Below, piece by piece: positions 59,082-64,000 of a stretch of DNA of 64,000 nt. Each line of letters starts with the position of its first letter. The stretch's first letter is position 1. Below the pieces are notes generated by a model. It was given only the letters and a program-made list of their open reading frames with translations. It did no database searches and was not told where the DNA came from. The stretch comes from Spirochaetota bacterium. Lineage in GTDB: Bacteria; Spirochaetota; UBA4802; UBA5550. The position numbers were made by a program, and so were the translations under genes. The stretch spans positions 2,432,001 to 2,496,000 of the forward strand of contig CAXXHB010000003.1 in the NCBI GenBank assembly GCA_963664815.2, written 5' to 3'.

Positions 59082-59305
59082 TGTTCCTCCGGTTTTATAA
59101 TTATATAATTCCATTTATATAATTTCAGATTTTTTTATTTACAGTAATCCGCTTTCTATGAAAACAGATATTACTCCGGTATACATCTGTGTATTTAACA
59201 ATTTACTGTACTGCCGAACAGTTAAATACATTTACGCTATTATTTTTTTAATTCATTAAACAACACTAAAATATAACCCTGATTTAGAAAATCAACTTAA
59301 TTTTA

Positions 59306-61474
59306 TTAAATTTTCTTATAAAAAAATGCTTCAAGAATTTCGCATATTGTATCAATAAATAAATTTTCCTCAATAGGTTTACCAAGAACTCCATTAAAAC
59401 CCTCATTGCAAAAACGTTCTGCAAGTGATTCATTCAGCTCACCTGTCTGGATAATTACAGGTAGAACAGGATTTGTTTTTCTGATCTCTTTCAATGCGGA
59501 AATACCATCCAGTACCGGCATATACTGATCCAGTATTACAAGACTTATATTATCCTCACTTCTTACAATATCTATCGCCTCAAGACCGGTAGCCGCATAT
59601 AAAGATTTTACACTATATTTTTTCAACAGTTGTGATAAGTGCATATATATAAGATAGTTATCATCAGCAATCAGAATGGATTTTCCGCTGAGTACTTGCT
59701 CATTCCGTGCATTTGATGTCGCAGTATCTGAAATTAAATTCCTTTTAAAAAGATTTACCCTGGTTGAAATATCGCGCTGAATTATAATTTCATTTTGAAT
59801 GCCGATTACCCTTAATGGCCGTAAATTATCATTCCATTCAATAGCTTCTCCCCGGCTTCTGACATTTACAATCTTTCCGTTATTCATAACCATTCTGTAT
59901 TCGATATTGAAACTTTTACCATTAAATACATTTTCATATAATTCACTTTTTACCGACTCCCTGTCACTTTCATAAACAAAGCCCAGCAGTGTACTGATAT
60001 TATCCGGGTATGATTCCATTTTGTAACCCAGAAAATGAAAAAATTTTCTGTTATATCTGACTTTATCAGTTGCCAGATTCCACTCCCATAAGCCGTCCCT
60101 TACTGCTTCAAAAATCTGTTCAAGCCTCCTCTGATTCTTTTTAATTTCATCAATCAGTAATTGTTCTTTTGTAGTATCTGTAAACTGACACAGATACCCC
60201 TGCTCAGGATTCCCGGAGTTGATTTCAACCGGAAGGATAACCATTTCAAGAATAATTATACCCGTTTTACATGTATTAAAATACCCGGTTCCCCTGATTA
60301 AGTCAAAATCGAATTTCAATTCCAGATGAACATAATTATAATTTTTTAACCTAGCCTTAAACCATTCAGTAGATATAGGTGAATTTATAACATCCAGATT
60401 TGAAATTTCATAAGGATCTTCCACTCCAAAAATATTTATTACAGCTTCATTAAATAAAAGAACCTTGCCTGATGGATTCAGTATCAACAAACCGGATGGA
60501 GATTTATCAAATATCCTTTTAAATCTTTTTTCACTCTCTCTCAATTGAACCTGTGCTTTTTCAAGTTCATTCATCGAATAATGAAGCTCATCGGTTTTTT
60601 CTCTTATTCTTTTCCTCAGAACAAAACTGTTTATCAGAATGAAAAATATGAAAATAATCAGAGAGAAAACCCCTGCTGAAAGGTAAATTCCAGTTTCACT
60701 AAGAAAACTGTTTTCAGAATTTTCAATAAACCATTTTGAATAAATGCTGTTATATTTACCATTAATAAAAACAGCATTATATCCCTGTGAAAATATCCCC
60801 TCTTTAACTGCTTTATTTTTTCTTATTCCAAAACCGTAATCAAAAAAACCGATACTTACTGGAACCTCATTTATACCGATCAAATTCTGATTTGCTATTA
60901 TTTTTCTCGCGGATGGCCCTGACATGAAGACAACATCACATTCCTTTCTCTTGAGAATAGTAAAAGCATTAATTTCATCAACGCATACTATTGATTCAGT
61001 TTTTATAATCTTTTTTATTTCATTAATTACCTGACGAGCTACTGTATAATGTGCAGCAACAACAATTTTTTTATTCTGGAGATCATTAATAGAATAAATT
61101 TCTGAACCTGGATTCGAGAAAATTGAAAAATGAATTTTTAAGTTTGCCTTGAAAAATCTGAAAATCTTATCGTCATCATTTTTTATCATACCAAGCAATA
61201 TATCTACATCAGGATTATTTTTCAGATGTATATATCTTTCGTATGGAACCAGCTCGATACGACAGTTTAATTTTAATTCTTTTGAAATTTCATTAATAAG
61301 ATCAACTGAAAAACCGGCAGGCAAACCTTCATTATTTATATATTCATATGGATAGTTTTCCAGACAGCCTATTGCATAAATATCCCCTTTCGCCATTAAT
61401 GGGGAATTTTTTATCAATGAAATTACAATAATTAATATTATATCAAGACTGATTATTAAATTTTTATGTCTCAT
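59306..61474 (-). CDS. Membrane sensor: periplasmic solute-binding domain, TM, 2x PAS, receiver; no kinase core
   Basis: NYPYEYIN...GFSVDL (SBP family 3); RESEKRFKRIFDKSP; DGLWEWN...SRGEAIEW; ILIADDN...LDQYMPVLDG...QTG...KPI. Confidence 0.82.
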   Translation of the reverse strand: MRHKNLIISLDIILIIVISLIKNSPLMAKGDIYAIGCLENYPYEYINNEGLPAGFSVDLINEISKELKLNCRIELVPYERYIHLKNNPDVDILLGMIKNDDDKIFRFFKANLKIHFSIFSNPGSEIYSINDLQNKKIVVAAHYTVARQVINEIKKIIKTESIVCVDEINAFTILKRKECDVVFMSGPSARKIIANQNLIGINEVPVSIGFFDYGFGIRKNKAVKEGIFSQGYNAVFINGKYNSIYSKWFIENSENSFLSETGIYLSAGVFSLIIFIFFILINSFVLRKRIREKTDELHYSMNELEKAQVQLRESEKRFKRIFDKSPSGLLILNPSGKVLLFNEAVINIFGVEDPYEISNLDVINSPISTEWFKARLKNYNYVHLELKFDFDLIRGTGYFNTCKTGIIILEMVILPVEINSGNPEQGYLCQFTDTTKEQLLIDEIKKNQRRLEQIFEAVRDGLWEWNLATDKVRYNRKFFHFLGYKMESYPDNISTLLGFVYESDRESVKSELYENVFNGKSFNIEYRMVMNNGKIVNVRSRGEAIEWNDNLRPLRVIGIQNEIIIQRDISTRVNLFKRNLISDTATSNARNEQVLSGKSILIADDNYLIYMHLSQLLKKYSVKSLYAATGLEAIDIVRSEDNISLVILDQYMPVLDGISALKEIRKTNPVLPVIIQTGELNESLAERFCNEGFNGVLGKPIEENLFIDTICEILEAFFYKKI

Positions 61475-61603
61475 AACACACTATTTAATCAATAAACAGT
61501 AAAATTATTCTTTTTTCAAGTGTTAATAGTTTTTTTTTAAAATTTTTTTATCCCCGCCCGGTTTTCATCGTAATAATAGAAAAATTATAATAAGGCGGTA
61601 TAT

Positions 61604-61951
61604 ATGCAGAATTTTTCAAACGCAACAATTGAGGGTTTTGTCACCCATGATCCTGCTACAAAAACAACAAAAACAGGCAAATCTTTATGCACATTCGCCC
61701 TTGCAATCAATCACTATTCAAAGAGTGATGAACCGCCCAGGGTATCGTATATTGAAGTTGAAACATGGGAAAAAACTGCTGATTTCTGTTCACGAAACAT
61801 AAGTAAGGGAAAACGGGTTATGGTAATGGGTTCTCTGCGTCAGGACAGATGGGAAGATGATAAAGGTAAAATTCAATCAAGATTAAAAATTGTCGGAACA
61901 GAAGTAAGGTTTCTTGAATCGGGCAAAGCGTCGGATGAAGCCAAAGAATAA
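61604..61951 (+). CDS. ssb: Single-stranded DNA-binding protein (short form)
   Basis: OB-fold motifs IEGFVTHDP, FALAIN, VETWEKTAD, KGKRVMVMGSLRQDRWED. Confidence 0.92.
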   Translation: MQNFSNATIEGFVTHDPATKTTKTGKSLCTFALAINHYSKSDEPPRVSYIEVETWEKTADFCSRNISKGKRVMVMGSLRQDRWEDDKGKIQSRLKIVGTEVRFLESGKASDEAKE

Positions 61952-61970
61952 GCCTCATCCGCATTTTTTA

Positions 61971-63341
61971 CTAGAATGGTATACGATTTGTTTTTGACCA
62001 GATACCATTCTCCTGGGCTGATTTTACAAGATCATCCCTGAAATCCGGATGTGCAATGCTTATTAAACTCTCAGCTCTTCCCCATACAGATCTGGCTTTC
62101 ATATTAACAATACCGTACTCAGTAACAAGATACTGCACCATCGTTCTGGGTACGGTTACAACGGATCCAGGCGTCAGCATAGGCTGTATTCTAGACTTGA
62201 CCATGCCATCTTTTTTATCCTTATATGTTGATGAGAATGCAAGGAAACTCTTTCCCCCCTTCGAATGGAAAGCCCCTATAACAAAATCAAGCTGCCCCCC
62301 TGTGCCCGATATCTGCCTGAATCCTGATGTTTCCGAACATACCTGACTCAGCAGATCAACTTCAACTATATTATTTATGGAAATGACATTATCATTCTGA
62401 GATATGAAATCGGGATTATTTGTATGATGAACCTTACACGATGCGAGTCTCGGATTATCGTGAATAAAATCATATGTTTCGGGAGTTCCAAGACAGAAAG
62501 AAAATGTACTTTTGTTTATGTCAAAACTCTTTTTTGCATTTGTAACTTTTCCGGCATTGTAGAGAGTCACCATGGCATCACAGAACATTTCACTCTGAAT
62601 GCCGAGATCCTTTACATCTGTATGCACAATCATTTCTCCAATAAGATTCGGAAGAGTTCCTATACCAAGCTGCAGGCATGATCCGTTTTCAATATGAGGC
62701 ACTATAAATTCAGCTATCTTCTTCTCCGATTCTGTGGGCTGATTCATCTTTGGAGTTGAAAAAATAGGCGTGTTGCTACCCTCAATAATATAGTCAACTT
62801 CACTTACATGAATATATTCATCATTTCCCCCAAGACACCTTGGCATGTTCTGGTTTACTTCAACAATTACTTTATCGGCCCAGAGAGCTATTCCCCTGTT
62901 ATGTGAATTTCCGAGACCGAAATTGAAACATCCATTACGGTCCATGGGAGTAACCTGAGCGCACCATACTGTCGGTTTGAGCTGATGCAGATACCTGTGG
63001 TGATATGCAAGCAGAGTGGCCTCATGATAATTAAACGGCAGGTGACATGTCAGTCCTTTATCTCCGGATATTCTGTCAACCAGTGTATAATACCAGCTGA
63101 AATACTGAAAAGATTTCTGCTCCGGATCATTCTGTATAACAGCCGGGAAAGGGGGTACGGTTCCTGTTCCCCGTATTGAAACCTGTTCAATCTGACCGAC
63201 TCTTTTACTTAATGCAATATCGAAATCAACAGGTTTTGTCGCAAACATCCCGTAATCAATTATATCATTTGATTTAACTATGTTTGCAGCCTGGTCTGCA
63301 GTAACAAGTTTGTGTTTATATTCATCAAGATATGTATTCAT
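61971..63341 (-). CDS. Acetyl-CoA hydrolase/transferase family CoA-transferase (4-hydroxybutyrate/butyryl-CoA:acetate type)
   Basis: VEVNQNMP, LQLGIGTLPN, SEMFCD, SGTGGQLDF, VTEYGIVN, IAHPDFR. Confidence 0.92.
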   Translation of the reverse strand: MNTYLDEYKHKLVTADQAANIVKSNDIIDYGMFATKPVDFDIALSKRVGQIEQVSIRGTGTVPPFPAVIQNDPEQKSFQYFSWYYTLVDRISGDKGLTCHLPFNYHEATLLAYHHRYLHQLKPTVWCAQVTPMDRNGCFNFGLGNSHNRGIALWADKVIVEVNQNMPRCLGGNDEYIHVSEVDYIIEGSNTPIFSTPKMNQPTESEKKIAEFIVPHIENGSCLQLGIGTLPNLIGEMIVHTDVKDLGIQSEMFCDAMVTLYNAGKVTNAKKSFDINKSTFSFCLGTPETYDFIHDNPRLASCKVHHTNNPDFISQNDNVISINNIVEVDLLSQVCSETSGFRQISGTGGQLDFVIGAFHSKGGKSFLAFSSTYKDKKDGMVKSRIQPMLTPGSVVTVPRTMVQYLVTEYGIVNMKARSVWGRAESLISIAHPDFRDDLVKSAQENGIWSKTNRIPF

Positions 63342-63792
63342 ATGTATATCCTAAATTCAATTTTATTTTTATAAATAAAATATATCAGCAATGTGCACAT
63401 AAACACAATCGAGCTTACTGATAAAAACATGTGGAGTAAAATATAAAATCTTTGTAGTATTATTGACCACATTTCAATTATTAATAGAATTACCGGAAGT
63501 TTTATAGTGTTTGAAGAAAACCAATCATCTTTAACAGACTTGTTATGGAGCTTTTCAAAGGTGGCACATACATTATAAATATTGTATTTAAAAGATTTTA
63601 AAAACAATATTTTCCTTTATAATCAGCTCATATATGACCAGCTCATAAAGGAAAATATTATAAAGTTGTGCAGAATAATACTCATCTGGAAGCTAATATT
63701 TCTTTTTATTTAAAACACTGTACTCAAAAGAACAAGAATCAAAATATTTTATAGCACAAAAATAATAAACAAAAACATATAAATTTACCGTG

Positions 63793-64000
63793 CTATTGAG
63801 TTTCGATAAGACTCATTAACAGGGAAGAAAGCACATGGAAACCGATATCAATCTGTGTGCCGGTTTTCCGGTTTTTCACAGTTGCCTGACCTTTTAACAA
63901 TTCATCTTCGCCGATAATAACGATGAAAGATGCATTTGCTCGTTCAGCTTTCTTGAACTGGTTTTTAAAACCCTTCACCTCCGGATCAAGGTCTACAGAA
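63793..64000 (-). CDS. hisS: Histidyl-tRNA synthetase, C-terminal anticodon-binding domain (5' part outside window)
   Basis: FKNQFKKAERANASFIVIIGEDEL...ATVKNRKTGTQ; frame open to the window edge. Confidence 0.82.
   Translation of the reverse strand, partial: SVDLDPEVKGFKNQFKKAERANASFIVIIGEDELLKGQATVKNRKTGTQIDIGFHVLSSLLMSLIETQ

Noticed and set aside
63338-63607. 89-aa minus-strand ORF between hisS and the CoA-transferase
   Set aside because: TTG start without SD, very AT-rich, no motifs; probably promoter/UTR DNA.

Overview
Bacterial chromosomal window, AT-rich and almost fully coding, most consistent with an anaerobic free-living spirochaete. Pointers are CheX, spirochaete-type lipoboxes, a LipL45-like FecR lipoprotein, membrane-anchored TPR proteins and Fe-S/Mo anaerobic enzymes; the taxonomy is inference. 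Left to right: (1) truncated Mop-type aldehyde oxidoreductase, MoeA-like protein and divergent AraC regulator. (2) CDF, SPFH and MATE genes. (3) An IclR-headed FrhB-like/IorA/IorB/GlcD-like/GlcF-like catabolic cluster. (4) A small basic protein with an HMG-box-like motif and a second MATE. (5) A TetR-controlled Lol-like ABC cassette with a perfect 25-bp palindromic operator. (6) A CheY-CheX-membrane-bound CheA-like kinase operon next to motAB and a degenerate PilZ-like protein. (7) pepA and codon-optimised beta-oxidation genes (FadN-type enzyme, thiolase). (8) A dCMP deaminase/TPR/lipoprotein/amidase region with two sigma28-like promoters. (9) TIGR01212 radical SAM abutting mnmA, then dprA-topA-xerC. 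(10) Two tandem acyl-CoA dehydrogenases. (11) A MoxR-like AAA+ / HEXXH-vWA / 28-aa-repeat three-gene operon. (12) A kinase-less sensor-receiver protein, a short SSB, a CoA-transferase and the 3' end of hisS. I saw no rRNA, tRNA, CRISPR array, transposase or prophage. The best candidates for an undescribed system are the AAA+/vWA-peptidase/repeat-protein triad (54787-58140) and the receptor-free kinase-CheY-CheX-stator module (24779-30847). All calls come from reading motifs by eye; no database searches were run.
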